Part shown: positions 49,301 to 58,639 of the stretch, one piece after another | Position numbering within the stretch: the first letter of the stretch is position 1 | Layout: each line of letters opens with the position of its first letter | Origin: Hyphomicrobiales bacterium | GTDB lineage: Bacteria > Pseudomonadota > Alphaproteobacteria > Rhizobiales > TMED25 | Direction: 5' to 3' | Length of the DNA: 64,000 nt | Assembly (NCBI GenBank): GCA_965204565.1 | Contig: CBDBEU010000005.1 | Coordinates: 324,366-388,365, forward strand | Translations under genes and position numbers: made by a program | Notes under the pieces: model-generated | Database searches by the model: none | The model's input: only the letters and a program-made list of their open reading frames with translations | Told to the model about the DNA's origin: nothing

Positions 49301-49850
49301 GCACCTGGCCGGCGAGTTCGGCCTCGCTCTCAATCACGCGCATACCACGCCCGCCGCCGCCCCAACTGGCTTTGAGCATGAGCGGGTAGCCTATTTCGTT
49401 GGCCAGCCGGGAGATTCCCTCGGGATCTTCGGGTAAGGGTCCAGTCGCCGGCATCACCGGCGTTCCTGCGCTTTCTGCCACATTGCGCGCGGAGACCTTA
49501 TTGCCAAGCGCGCGCATCACGTCCGGGCTCGGGCCAATCCAGGTGATTCCGGCGGCGATCACCGCATCGGCAAACTCGGGATTTTCCGACAGAAAGCCAT
49601 AGCCCGGATGGACCGCATCGACGCCCGCATCATGGGCGACGCGGATCATCTCATCGGGGCTCAGATAGGCCTTGACCGGTCCCATGCCGCAGCCGATCAG
49701 GAACGCCTGGTCAGCCTTGAAGCGATGGAGCGAAAGTTTGTCTTCCTCGGCATAGACCGCGATAGTGCGGATACCAATTTCGTTTGCCGCACGCATCACG
49801 CGAATGGCAATTTCGCCGCGATTGGCAACAAGAATCCGTTTCAAGGACAT
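46398..49850 (-). CDS. pyc: pyruvate carboxylase
   Basis: About 1150 aa from MSLKRILVANRGEIAIR. Biotin carboxylase, carboxyltransferase (HFHTHDTSG) and biotinyl (EAMKMET) domains. Confidence 0.95.
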   Translation of the reverse strand: MSLKRILVANRGEIAIRVMRAANEIGIRTIAVYAEEDKLSLHRFKADQAFLIGCGMGPVKAYLSPDEMIRVAHDAGVDAVHPGYGFLSENPEFADAVIAAGITWIGPSPDVMRALGNKVSARNVAESAGTPVMPATGPLPEDPEGISRLANEIGYPLMLKASWGGGGRGMRVIESEAELAGQVLAGRREAESFFGNGEVYLEKLVRRALHVEVQLLGDHHGQVVHLFERDCTVQRRNQKVVERAPAPYLNEERRAELCESARRLARKVGYQNAGTAEFLMDADTGAFYFIEVNPRIQVEHTVSEEITGIDIVKAQIRIAYGAKIGDEASGVPPQEKIRRNGHALQCRITTEDPEENFVPDYGRITAYRGATGFGIRLDGGTAYSGAIITHYYDSLLEKVTAWAPTVEESIARMDRALREFRIRGVATNLVFLENLIAHPNFRAADYTTRFIDEHTELFDFPRRRDRASRLLNFIADVSVNGNPEAAGRPRPPEHALTPQPPEYTHADPPEGTRTLLDREGPEGVVRWMLAEKRLLVTDTTMRDAHQSLLATRMRTYDMAAVADATAHRLNDLFSIECWGGATFDVAMRFLGECPWERLGILREKIPNVLFQMLLRGSNAVGYTNYPDNVVRGFVHRAADSGIDVFRVFDCLNWVENMRVSIDAVLETGKLCEAAICYTGDLNDPARATYDLKYYVGLARELADAGTHILGIKDMGGLCKPAAARELVRVLKEETGLPIHFHTHDTSGISAASVLAAAVAGCDAVDLAMDPLSGMTSQPNFGSVNEALRGGDRNTGFDPSTIREFCDYWEAVRVQYAAFEADNKAGNSEVYLHEMPGGQFTNLKEQARSMGLAERWHEVARAYADVNQMFGDIVKVTPSSKVVGDMAIAMVSASLTRADVEDPDKEFSFPASVVSFLRGELGRPPNGFPEALQKKALKGEVPIEGRPGALLAPADLDAAKSEAEEKVGREITDEEFHSYLMYPQVFCDYALRRAEYGPLHTLPTPVFLYGMQAGEEIGVDLDPGVTLIIDCQAIGESDDDGEARVFFELNGQPRTAKVPDRSVEADAERRRKADTANPDHVPAPMPGVVSAIAVEAGQKVRTGDVLLTIEAMKMETAIHAERDGTIAEIVTAAGTQIDAKDLLVTFAPTSG

Positions 49851-50085
49851 AATCGCTGATGCATCGGGTTGAATCATGGTGTCAGTATGCAGCATTTCGT
49901 GTGCACTGCACCATCTTCGATCGTGGGTAACTTTTCCCGGAGTGCGTGGGCATTGTGCTGCTGTGCTTCAGCTTGCGAATCGTGCCGGCCCGGCGACGAT
50001 GACATGGTGTATTCATGCGTCAACGAAATGAATGGAGCGGCCCGGCCGGCATGGAAGAGCAACCCCCGACAAACGGTGAGCTCTT

Positions 50086-51729
50086 GTGATCGAGACGATC
50101 TGGATTCTGGCCGCGTTCATTGTTTTCGCGTTGGCGTTCAACTATGTGCGCCTTGGCTCGATTGTCGGGCTGTTCATTGCGGGCGCCGTCATCGGCCCGC
50201 ACGGGCTCGGCTTTGTCCGCCACGTCTATGTGATCGATTTCCTGGCCGAACTCGGGATCATGTTCCTCCTGTTCTCGATCGGGCTGGAGCTCAAGCTGGA
50301 CCGCTTTCGCCTTTATGGCTGGCGGGTTTATGCGCTTGCTATTGCACAGATGGTGGTGACCACCGCTGCCCTCGCGCTGGTTGCCTCCAGGCTCGGATTC
50401 GACGCGCTGACATCGATTATCATAGGGGGATCACTTGCATTTTCATCGACCGCGCTGGTGCTGCAGGTTCTGCATGATCTTGGCCGCACACTCACCGTGC
50501 TCGGCCGTCTGGCAGTCGCGATTCTGCTGATCCAGGACATTGGTGTCGGCATATTTCTGGTTGGGCTTGAATCGCTGGTATCGGCTGACGACAGCCTGTT
50601 CGCCATCCCGCTGTTCATTGCAAAACTCTGTATCGCCATAGCCGTCATGGTGCTGGTTGGACGTCTGGCGTTGCCGGTGATTTTGCGGGTAGTTTCGGAA
50701 AAAGGAAATCAGGAGACCTTTCTCGCCACCGTTCTTGCGGTCGTGCTTGCATCGAGCGTCGCCTTGGAACATGCCGGTGCGAGTGCTGCCATCGGCGCAT
50801 TTCTTGCCGGTCTGTTGGTCGCCGATACCGCCTACCGGCATCAGATCGCGGCCGATATTACGCCTTTCCGGCAGCTTCTGCTCGGCATCTTTTTCATGGC
50901 CGTCGGCATGGGAACCGACCTGTCGCTGGCGAGCGAGCGTGTGCTGGAGGTGATCGCCATAGCAGCCGGACTGATCTTGGCCAAGGCATTGATCGTGGCG
51001 GTACTGGCAACAGCTCTCGGTCATCCGCTGCGGCGCGCAGCCGAGCTTGGACTGTTGCTGTCCGAGGGCAGCGAATTCACTTTCATCATCGTTACCGTGG
51101 CGGTGTTTGAGGGGCTTATTCCACCGTTGGCAGCCAATATTCTGGCGGTAGCGATTGCGGTTTCAATGGCACTGGTGGCGATTGCAACCAGTATCGCGCG
51201 CCCACTGATCAACCGTATTGAAGGTGAAGCGATTTCTTCGGAGGACGAGCTCAAAACAGCCGCAAGCGAGCTCTCCGACCATGTGGTGGTGATTGGCTTT
51301 GGCCAGATTGGCATGGCATTGTCGCGCCATCTGGTGAGCCTCCATCTTCCCGTTCTTGCGGTCGACTACAGCGCCGAGCGCGTGCGCCGGATGCAACGCC
51401 CGGGCGTTCCTGTCTATTTCGGCAATGCGCTGCGCTCGGAGGTTCTCCACTCGTGCGGACTGGCTGATGCGCGCTTGGTGATTATCGCGGTACCGGACCC
51501 GGAAGTGGCTGTAAGGGTGCTGGAGCTCCTGATGCGGTTATATCCGGACACGGAAGTGCTGGTGCGTGCACAGGATGAAGACCAGGCCGACGACCTACTC
51601 GCGACCGGTGCACGCGGCGTGGTTCTGGACGGTTTGACGACAGCTCTCGATCTGGCTGAACGTGCCGTGCTGATGTACGAAGCTGCACAGGCGGCGCACG
51701 GTGCTCAAGAAGATGAACCTGAGAGCTGA
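50086..51729 (+). CDS. CPA2-family monovalent cation:proton antiporter with C-terminal TrkA-N (KTN) domain
   Basis: 547 aa, GTG start. Kef-type membrane domain followed by HVVVIGFGQIGMAL. Confidence 0.85.
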   Translation: MIETIWILAAFIVFALAFNYVRLGSIVGLFIAGAVIGPHGLGFVRHVYVIDFLAELGIMFLLFSIGLELKLDRFRLYGWRVYALAIAQMVVTTAALALVASRLGFDALTSIIIGGSLAFSSTALVLQVLHDLGRTLTVLGRLAVAILLIQDIGVGIFLVGLESLVSADDSLFAIPLFIAKLCIAIAVMVLVGRLALPVILRVVSEKGNQETFLATVLAVVLASSVALEHAGASAAIGAFLAGLLVADTAYRHQIAADITPFRQLLLGIFFMAVGMGTDLSLASERVLEVIAIAAGLILAKALIVAVLATALGHPLRRAAELGLLLSEGSEFTFIIVTVAVFEGLIPPLAANILAVAIAVSMALVAIATSIARPLINRIEGEAISSEDELKTAASELSDHVVVIGFGQIGMALSRHLVSLHLPVLAVDYSAERVRRMQRPGVPVYFGNALRSEVLHSCGLADARLVIIAVPDPEVAVRVLELLMRLYPDTEVLVRAQDEDQADDLLATGARGVVLDGLTTALDLAERAVLMYEAAQAAHGAQEDEPES

Positions 51730-51764
51730 GCACTTTGCCGACGCGAAAAACAGGGGGATACGGA

Positions 51765-52793
51765 ATGTCCAAAAAGATCGCGGTTCTCGGCACAGGCGCG
51801 AATGGAAGCTGTACGGCTGCCGACCTCACCCGCAACGGGCTTGACGTGGTGCTGATTGATCAGTGGCCGGCCCATGTGGAGGCCATGCGGGAGGGCGGGA
51901 TCAGGGTCGAGATGCCCGATGAAGTGGTACACGTGCCGGATGTGCGGGCATCCCATTTGTGCGATGTCGCGACCTTCAACGAGCAATTCGACATCGTGCT
52001 TCTCATGGTCAAGGCTTACGACGCGCTGTGGATGGCGGAGCTGATCAAGCCTTATCTGGCCGATGACGGCCTGCTGATCGGGGCACAGAATTCCATGACC
52101 GCGGAAGATCTGGCCGGCATCGTCGGCCATCAGCGTACCGTCGGCTGCGTGGTCGAGCTTTCCTCAGAAGTGTTCACGCCGGGCGTGGTGGTGCGCAATA
52201 CACCGCCCAAGGGCACCTGGTTCGCGATCGGGGCGCTGGATCCATCGATGAATGACCGCCTGACCGAGGTCGAGGAAATCCTCCTCAATGTAGGCAAGGT
52301 TTCAATCTCCGAGGACATTCAGTCGGCCAAGTGGATGAAGATCATCGTCAACACCATGACCATGGCGACAAAATCGATGATGGGGATGACATCGGGTGAG
52401 ATTTTCCAGATCCCCGGCGTGCGCGAATTGATGCTTCGTGCCGGTGAGGAGGCGCTCGCCGCTGGGCAAGCGCAGGGCTACAAGACCATCCCGATCATCG
52501 GCCTCAAGCCCGAAGATGTCGAGAAATCAAACCGGTTTTTAGAGCTTCTGCTCGACAAGATGACCGCCGATGTGGGCCCATCGGCGCGAAACGCCATGTA
52601 TCAGGACCATCTCAAAGGCCGGCGCACGGAAATCGACATGATCAACGGGTTGGTGGTTGACGCTAGCTGCAAACATGGACTGGCGGCACCGGTGAACGAG
52701 GTCCTAGTGAAGATCAATCACGAGATCACGGCCGGTGAGACCAAGCCGGACGTGGCCAATCTTGAGCGCGTCCTCGCCGAGATCGGAAACTAA
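51765..52793 (+). CDS. ketopantoate reductase (ApbA/PanE)-family oxidoreductase (second copy)
   Basis: ATG after AGGGGGA. IAVLGTGANGS and QDHLKGRRTEIDMINGLVV. Confidence 0.75.
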   Translation: MSKKIAVLGTGANGSCTAADLTRNGLDVVLIDQWPAHVEAMREGGIRVEMPDEVVHVPDVRASHLCDVATFNEQFDIVLLMVKAYDALWMAELIKPYLADDGLLIGAQNSMTAEDLAGIVGHQRTVGCVVELSSEVFTPGVVVRNTPPKGTWFAIGALDPSMNDRLTEVEEILLNVGKVSISEDIQSAKWMKIIVNTMTMATKSMMGMTSGEIFQIPGVRELMLRAGEEALAAGQAQGYKTIPIIGLKPEDVEKSNRFLELLLDKMTADVGPSARNAMYQDHLKGRRTEIDMINGLVVDASCKHGLAAPVNEVLVKINHEITAGETKPDVANLERVLAEIGN

Positions 52794-52808
52794 TTCAAAC
52801 GTGTCCCG

Positions 52809-52860
52809 ACCCGGGCCGCCCATTGAGGGTTTTTCCTTGGGCGGCCGGGTGTTTCGACTG
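52809..52860. terminator. hairpin between convergent genes (bidirectional terminator candidate)
   Basis: CCCGGGCCGCCCA ... TGGGCGGCCGGG arms (one bulge), a T-rich loop, and TGTTTCG following. Confidence 0.45.
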
Positions 52861-52884
52861 TTGTCAGGATTTTCCTGATTCAAT

Positions 52885-53973
52885 TCAAGCGAACTGACTG
52901 GCATCCAGATTAAGCAGTTTCAGTGCGTTCAGACCGCAGATCTTTTCGCGGTCGGACTCGCTCAGCCCTTCAATCTGATAGACGTGCTCGACCGGGTCGT
53001 ATTCACCCATGTCGGCCGGATAGTCGGTACCGATTGCGATCTGGTCGACGCCGTATTTCTTGATCAGGTATTCCAGCTGCTCGAGCGAGAACACTATGGT
53101 GTCGAAATAGAACTTCTTCAGATAGGTGCTGGGCTTTTCATAGATCTTGACGCGGCAGTCCGCGCGCGCGCCATAGGCGTGATCCATGCGCGCGCCATAG
53201 GCAGCCGGGAAGGCACCGCCATGGGAGAGATAGAACTTGATCTTGGGATAGCGCGCGAGAACGCCGTCGAAGATCAGGTAATGCATGGCGACGGTGGTAT
53301 CGAGCGGATTGCCGATGACGTTGAGCGCATAGTGCTCAGACAAACGGGAGCTGAAGAACGACGAGGGATGGATGAAGATCAGGATGTTGAGCTCTTCACA
53401 ATGCTTCCAGAACGGCTCCAGACGTTCTGCTGAGAGTTCTTCATCGCCCACTCGGGCGAGAACCTGAATGCCGCGAAATCCAAGCTCACCTGTCAGACGC
53501 TCAAGCTCCTTGAGTGCAAGGTCGGTGTTCTGCAGCGGCACGGTGCCCAGACCGGTCAGCTTCCTGGGATGCTGCTTGACCGCATCAAAAATGGCATCAT
53601 TGATGATCTGGCTCGATTCCGCGCCAAGGCTTGGCTCGGCGGTGTAATAGCACTGGGTCGGCGAGCACGAGACCGCCATGACATCGAGCTGCATCTTTTC
53701 CATGTCGGCGATGCGCTTGTTGATGTCGGTGAACTCAATGTCGCGGTCGGCATGCTGTCGCTTGTTGACCTCGCGGGTCAGCGGACTTGCAATCGCATTT
53801 GCCGGATGGAAGCCCCTGTCGAGACGCGGCACCACCAGCTCTTCTGACTTCGGCACCCGATAATGATTGTGCAGATCGACGGTTAGCGTTTTCGGCCGTG
53901 GCCGCTCGCCGGTCAGATGATCGCGGCCGGCAGTAGGTCCGTAAGGCTTCAGCGGAATATCGTGGCTGGGCAT
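52885..53973 (-). CDS. amidohydrolase_2 (ACMSD/decarboxylase-like) family protein
   Basis: 362 aa. Metal-binding VDLHNHY start and IFIHP...SHGGA...GTDYP pattern. Confidence 0.75.
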   Translation of the reverse strand: MPSHDIPLKPYGPTAGRDHLTGERPRPKTLTVDLHNHYRVPKSEELVVPRLDRGFHPANAIASPLTREVNKRQHADRDIEFTDINKRIADMEKMQLDVMAVSCSPTQCYYTAEPSLGAESSQIINDAIFDAVKQHPRKLTGLGTVPLQNTDLALKELERLTGELGFRGIQVLARVGDEELSAERLEPFWKHCEELNILIFIHPSSFFSSRLSEHYALNVIGNPLDTTVAMHYLIFDGVLARYPKIKFYLSHGGAFPAAYGARMDHAYGARADCRVKIYEKPSTYLKKFYFDTIVFSLEQLEYLIKKYGVDQIAIGTDYPADMGEYDPVEHVYQIEGLSESDREKICGLNALKLLNLDASQFA

Positions 53974-54508
53974 AGGCAGTTTCCTTCCTGTCTGCGCGGG
54001 GATCGCAAACCCACGCGCGCAAACTTGTTACGAGGATGTGGTGCTTGCGTCCGACCCGTTTATTAGTTGATCAGCCGGTTGTGGTCCATTGACACGCCGC
54101 GAAAAGGCGGGCCGATGGCCGAGGAGTCCACCCGCGCCGCCTTAGAACAGGTAAAGAATCAATATGATGTAGAATCGTCGATAGATAACCACTGTCATTT
54201 CCGGTAAAGTCAAATATTAACAAATAACGCATGATTCTGTAATATATCACATATAGGCCTCAATAACGTTAAGAAAAAGTCGACAATTTGTAAAAATATT
54301 GTGGTCTAAAGGCGTGCAAAGATCGCCATCAGAGGGAATCACGGGCAATGTGACACCCTTCTGACCTGGTTGACTTGCCTATACGATTGCACGGCTGCTA
54401 TCGCAGCCAGGCTCTTTATGTTTGGATGCGCCACATGGCATTTCTGCCAAATTTTCAGGTACGAGGATTCGGCTTATTTCATCTCCGACACATCCTCAGG
54501 AGCGCACC
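53974..54508. promoter_or_regulatory. long divergent intergenic region with a strongly AT-rich core (about 54145-54310)
   Basis: 535 bp between the divergent amidohydrolase and FAD/Fe-S oxidase genes. Contains ACAAT-N10-ATTGT (54283-54302) and many TA steps. No credible ORF. Confidence 0.4.
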
Positions 54509-57457
54509 GTGACGATGATCGCGCAGCCAGCCCTGGAGCGGCGCCTTGCCGCCGAGATCGAAGGCGAAGTCCGTTTCGACGCGTTTTCGCGCGGGCGCTA
54601 TGCCACCGACGCATCAATCTATCAGATGATGCCGGTGGGCGTCGTGGTTGCGCGGCACAAGGCCGATATGGCGGCCGCAACGGCGATTGCACGCGAGGAA
54701 GGCATGCCGGTTCTGGCTCGCGGCGGTGGCACCTCGCAGAGCGGCCAGACGGTCAACGAGGCCCTGATCATCGATTGCAGCAAGTGGTTCAACCGAATTG
54801 TCGAACTCGACGTCGAGGGCCGGCGCGCGGTGGTCGAACCGGGCATTGTGCTCGATGAACTGAACCGCGTGCTCAAGCCTCACGGCCTTTGGTTTCCGGT
54901 TGATGTGTCGACCGCCTCACGCGCCACCATCGGCGGCATGGCGGGTAACAATTCCTGCGGTGCGCGATCGATCCGTTACGGCATGATGCGCGACAATGTG
55001 CTCGACATCGAAGCACTGCTGGCAGATGGCACGGCGGCGCATTTCGGTGAACTGGGTGGACCGGCTGGTAATTTGGCCGGGAACCATGAGACCGCTCTGG
55101 TCTCCGATCTGCTGGCGCTGGGCGAGCGCGAACGAGATGAAATCGCAGCCCGCTTTCCCAAGGTGCTGCGCCGGGTTGGCGGCTACAATATCGATGCTTT
55201 GGTTGCGGGCGAACAACCGATCAATCTGGCGCATTTGCTGGTCGGCTCTGAAGGCACACTGGCGCTTTCGATCCGCATCGAACTCAAGCTTTCTAAGTTG
55301 CCGCGCAACCGCATGCTCGGGATCTGCCATTTCGGTTCGTTCCACGCCGCCATGGATGCAGCCCAGCATCTGGTCAAGCTCAAACCTTTGGGGGTTGAGC
55401 TGGTCGATTCAACGATGATCGTGCTTGCGCGCGAAATCCCGATCTTCAGGTCAACCATCGAAGAGTTTGTGCGCGGAACGCCGGAAGCGCTGTTGATCGT
55501 CGAATTCGCCGAGGATACGCCGGAGTCCAGTCAGGCGCGGCTTGTGGCCTTATCGGAACTGATGGGCGACCTCGGCTTTGACTGGCGCCATCAGGGCGCG
55601 CAATTGGGCGGGGTTGTCGAGGTCACTGATCCGGGCTTGCAGGCGCGCATTGCCAATGTGCGCACCTCAGGCCTCAATATCATGATGTCGATGAAGGAGG
55701 AGGGAAAACCCGTCTCCTTTGTCGAGGATTGCGCCATCGAGCTTCCAGACCTTGCCGAATATACCGACCGTCTTACCGCGATCTTCGAAAAGCACGGCAC
55801 CAGCGGCACATGGTATGCCCATGCCTCGGTTGGCTGTCTGCATGTGCGCCCGATCCTCAACATGAAGACCGAGGACGGCGCGCGCGCCATGCGCGCAATC
55901 GCGGAAGAAACTTTTGAGATGGTGCACGCCTACAAGGGCTCGCATTCAGGTGAACATGGCGACGGCATCGTGCGCTCGGAATTCAATGGGCTTATGTTTG
56001 GCCAGCGCATGGTGAAATCATTCGAAGAGGTCAAGGACCGGTTCGATCCGGCGGGGCTGCTCAATCCGGGAAAGATCACGCGCGCCCCACGCATGGATGA
56101 CCGCAACCTGATGCGGTACCCGCCGGGTTATGGCGCCGGGGAGATCTCGACCGCTCTCGACTGGTCTCAGTGGCCGGGTGCCGGTGGCGGTTTTCAGGGC
56201 GCCGTGGAGATGTGCAACAACAATGGCGCCTGCCGCAAGCTTGAGGGCGGGGCGATGTGTCCGTCCTACCGGCTGACGCGCAATGAAGCTGATGTGACGC
56301 GCGGGCGCGCCAACAGCTTGCGCCTTGCCATTACCGGCCAGCTTGGACCCGATGCGCTGATATCTGACGAGATGATGGAGAGCTTGAAGCTTTGCGTCTC
56401 GTGCAAGGCCTGCCGCCGCGAATGCCCCACCGGTGTCGACATGGCGCGCATGAAAATTGAAGTCACGCACGCACGTGCGCATGAGCGGGGTATCAGTCTG
56501 CATGATCGGCTGGTCGGCTATCTGCCGAAATACGCACCATACGCGGCACGCATGGCACCGCTCGTCAATCTGCGCGATCGGGTACCCGGTGCAGCATGGC
56601 TCAGTGAGAAGATCGCCGGCTTCAGCGCCAGGCGAAAACTGCCGCGCTGGCGGCGTGCTATCTTTGACCATGACCAGTCCGGCGGACCGCAGGACGGGCG
56701 TGAGGTTCTTCTGTTCGCCGACACCTTCAACAGTTATTTCGAGCCGGAAAATTTGCGTGCGGCAATGCGCGTTTTGGCGGCGGGCGGCTATCGGGTCGAT
56801 GTTGCGCGCGCCTTTGATGGTGCAAGGCCGCTATGCTGCGGACGCACCTTCCTTTCGGCCGGTCTGGTCGATGAAGCACGCGCGGAAGCCCAGCGCCTTG
56901 TCCAGGCCGTCGAGGCAACCGTGGCGCGGGGTGTGCCGGTCATCGGCCTTGAGCCCAGTTGCCTGCTTACACTTCGTGACGAGCTGCCCTCTTTGGTTGG
57001 CCGCGAGCAAGGCGAAGCAATTTCCGCCCACGCCTATCTACTGGAAGAATTCCTTGCCAATGAGGCCGATGAAGGCAGGCTCGACCTACCGCTGGAGCCT
57101 CTTGCCGGGCGCGCTTTGCTGCATGGTCACTGCCACCAGAAGTCATTTGCGGCAATGGGCACGGTGACACAGACCCTACAGCTCATTCCCGCACTTGAGG
57201 TGGAACAGATCGAAACCAGCTGTTGCGGCATGGCCGGCAGTTTTGGCTATGACGCCGAGACCTATGAGGTCTCGATTGCGATGGGTGAGCTTTCGCTGCT
57301 GCCCCGCATTCGCGAGGCGGACGAGCGCACCATCATCGTCGCTGATGGCACGTCGTGCCGATCGCAGATTTCCGACGGCTCGGGCCGCGAGGCACTGCAT
57401 GTGGCGCGCCTGCTCGATCAGGCCTTGATCAAGCCGAGCGAACCAGCAGGCAGCTGA
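54509..57457 (+). CDS. FAD-linked oxidase fused to an Fe-S/CCG-domain module (GlcD-GlcF-type; D-2-hydroxyacid dehydrogenase-like)
   Basis: GTG 54509 lies 6 nt after AGGAG (ATG alternative at 54515). FAD_binding_4 motifs (ARGGGTSQSGQ), 2x CxxCxxC-type (CVSCKACRRECP) and C-terminal Cys-rich CCG repeats. Confidence 0.85.
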   Translation: MTMIAQPALERRLAAEIEGEVRFDAFSRGRYATDASIYQMMPVGVVVARHKADMAAATAIAREEGMPVLARGGGTSQSGQTVNEALIIDCSKWFNRIVELDVEGRRAVVEPGIVLDELNRVLKPHGLWFPVDVSTASRATIGGMAGNNSCGARSIRYGMMRDNVLDIEALLADGTAAHFGELGGPAGNLAGNHETALVSDLLALGERERDEIAARFPKVLRRVGGYNIDALVAGEQPINLAHLLVGSEGTLALSIRIELKLSKLPRNRMLGICHFGSFHAAMDAAQHLVKLKPLGVELVDSTMIVLAREIPIFRSTIEEFVRGTPEALLIVEFAEDTPESSQARLVALSELMGDLGFDWRHQGAQLGGVVEVTDPGLQARIANVRTSGLNIMMSMKEEGKPVSFVEDCAIELPDLAEYTDRLTAIFEKHGTSGTWYAHASVGCLHVRPILNMKTEDGARAMRAIAEETFEMVHAYKGSHSGEHGDGIVRSEFNGLMFGQRMVKSFEEVKDRFDPAGLLNPGKITRAPRMDDRNLMRYPPGYGAGEISTALDWSQWPGAGGGFQGAVEMCNNNGACRKLEGGAMCPSYRLTRNEADVTRGRANSLRLAITGQLGPDALISDEMMESLKLCVSCKACRRECPTGVDMARMKIEVTHARAHERGISLHDRLVGYLPKYAPYAARMAPLVNLRDRVPGAAWLSEKIAGFSARRKLPRWRRAIFDHDQSGGPQDGREVLLFADTFNSYFEPENLRAAMRVLAAGGYRVDVARAFDGARPLCCGRTFLSAGLVDEARAEAQRLVQAVEATVARGVPVIGLEPSCLLTLRDELPSLVGREQGEAISAHAYLLEEFLANEADEGRLDLPLEPLAGRALLHGHCHQKSFAAMGTVTQTLQLIPALEVEQIETSCCGMAGSFGYDAETYEVSIAMGELSLLPRIREADERTIIVADGTSCRSQISDGSGREALHVARLLDQALIKPSEPAGS

Positions 57458-57469
57458 CCGGACAGCGCA

Positions 57470-57825
57470 CTAGTCCGATACCAACTTATGCACGGAAAAC
57501 AGTGCATCCTTGTCGGTCCAAACATTGTTGGTGCGCTATCCCGCAGCACCTGCGAGGTCGCCAAATCCGGCAATGGTGTATTTGTGCGAGTTCTCGGTAT
57601 GGATGGTTTCGCCAGAGCGCATCGTGAAGCGGCAGCCCAGTACCTCGACTGTTTGTTCGAGTTTGCTGACCAGATGCATCTCGATCCGGCTTTTGTCCTC
57701 ATTGAAGCGCGCTTCGTGTGCAAACGCGCCGAGGTCGAATGAGTTGCCGAAAGCCCGGTTGATGCGCTCCAATATGTTGAGATTGAAGGCAGCGGTCACG
57801 CCGATCGGATCATCATAGGCCACAT
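57470..57825 (-). pseudogene. egtD: EgtD-type histidine N-alpha-methyltransferase, 3' fragment with an in-frame TAG
   Basis: AYDDPIGVTAAFNLNILERINRAFG...RIEMHLVS...TENSHKY...AAG-TAG(57536-57538)-RTNNVWTDKDALFSVH. The N-terminal two thirds are replaced by an IS end at 57826. Confidence 0.65.
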
Positions 57826-58606
57826 GGACACCTTGCCGACCCCTGTCTGCTGCCTGGAATCGGGTGACGAGAGCGCATTTACGGCCGCGATGCGGGTCGG
57901 CCCTTTGCCTGGGTTGTGGTTCGGGATCTGGTTTCGCCGGGGCCTGGCTATGCCACGGCACCTTTGCGCTCCCGGAACAGGAGCCGCTTCATGTTGAATG
58001 CGATGTGGCCATGCCGATCCTGGCCCTCGCCCGGTCGATGCCGATGGTGCGGACGAAGAGCCCCATTCGTGCCTTCATCCCGGCGAAGGGATGTTCCGAT
58101 CGCGGATCGGACCTTCGACTCTGCGGCATTGGCCCTCTCGTGATGCACGGGCATCGGCTTGCCGGGCGGGCGCGTCTTCCTGCGCCCTCGCTTGAGCGTC
58201 CAACGCGCGTCGCGATCCTTTTGCGCCGGTTTCCGGGGATTGGCCTGCCAATCAGGCGGGATGCCCCCGCCCATGACGGGATATCCCGCGTCCTTAAGAT
58301 GCGCGTCGAACCGGGCGAGGAGTTTCTTCACCGCACCGGTCCGCACCAGGGCTTCCCGGAACCGCCGGATGGTCGTCTCGTCCGGCGCCCGCGCGCCGTC
58401 ATCGGAACGATCAAGCGTCGCATCCAACTCTGGCCGGAAGAGCTCGAAGTCGATACCCCCCTGCAAGCCGCTCCAGCGGATCTCCCGCCTTCGATACGCT
58501 CATCCGGATCGAACAACCCGCGCTGTGCAGCCATCGTACCCTCTGTCGCTGATATCCTCACGGAATCACGCCAACACGCTCAAAGCCAGGGGGGGTCAGG
58601 GCGTCC
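57826..58606 (-). mobile_element. IS5-family element, copy 3, both ends present but internally deleted
   Basis: Ends GGACACCTTGCCGACCCC (57826-) and ..GGGGGTCAGGGCGTCC (-58606). The coding remnants skip blocks present in copy 2. Confidence 0.75.
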
Positions 58607-58639
58607 ACTTGTAGACCGTGGCGCTGCTCATGCCATGTT

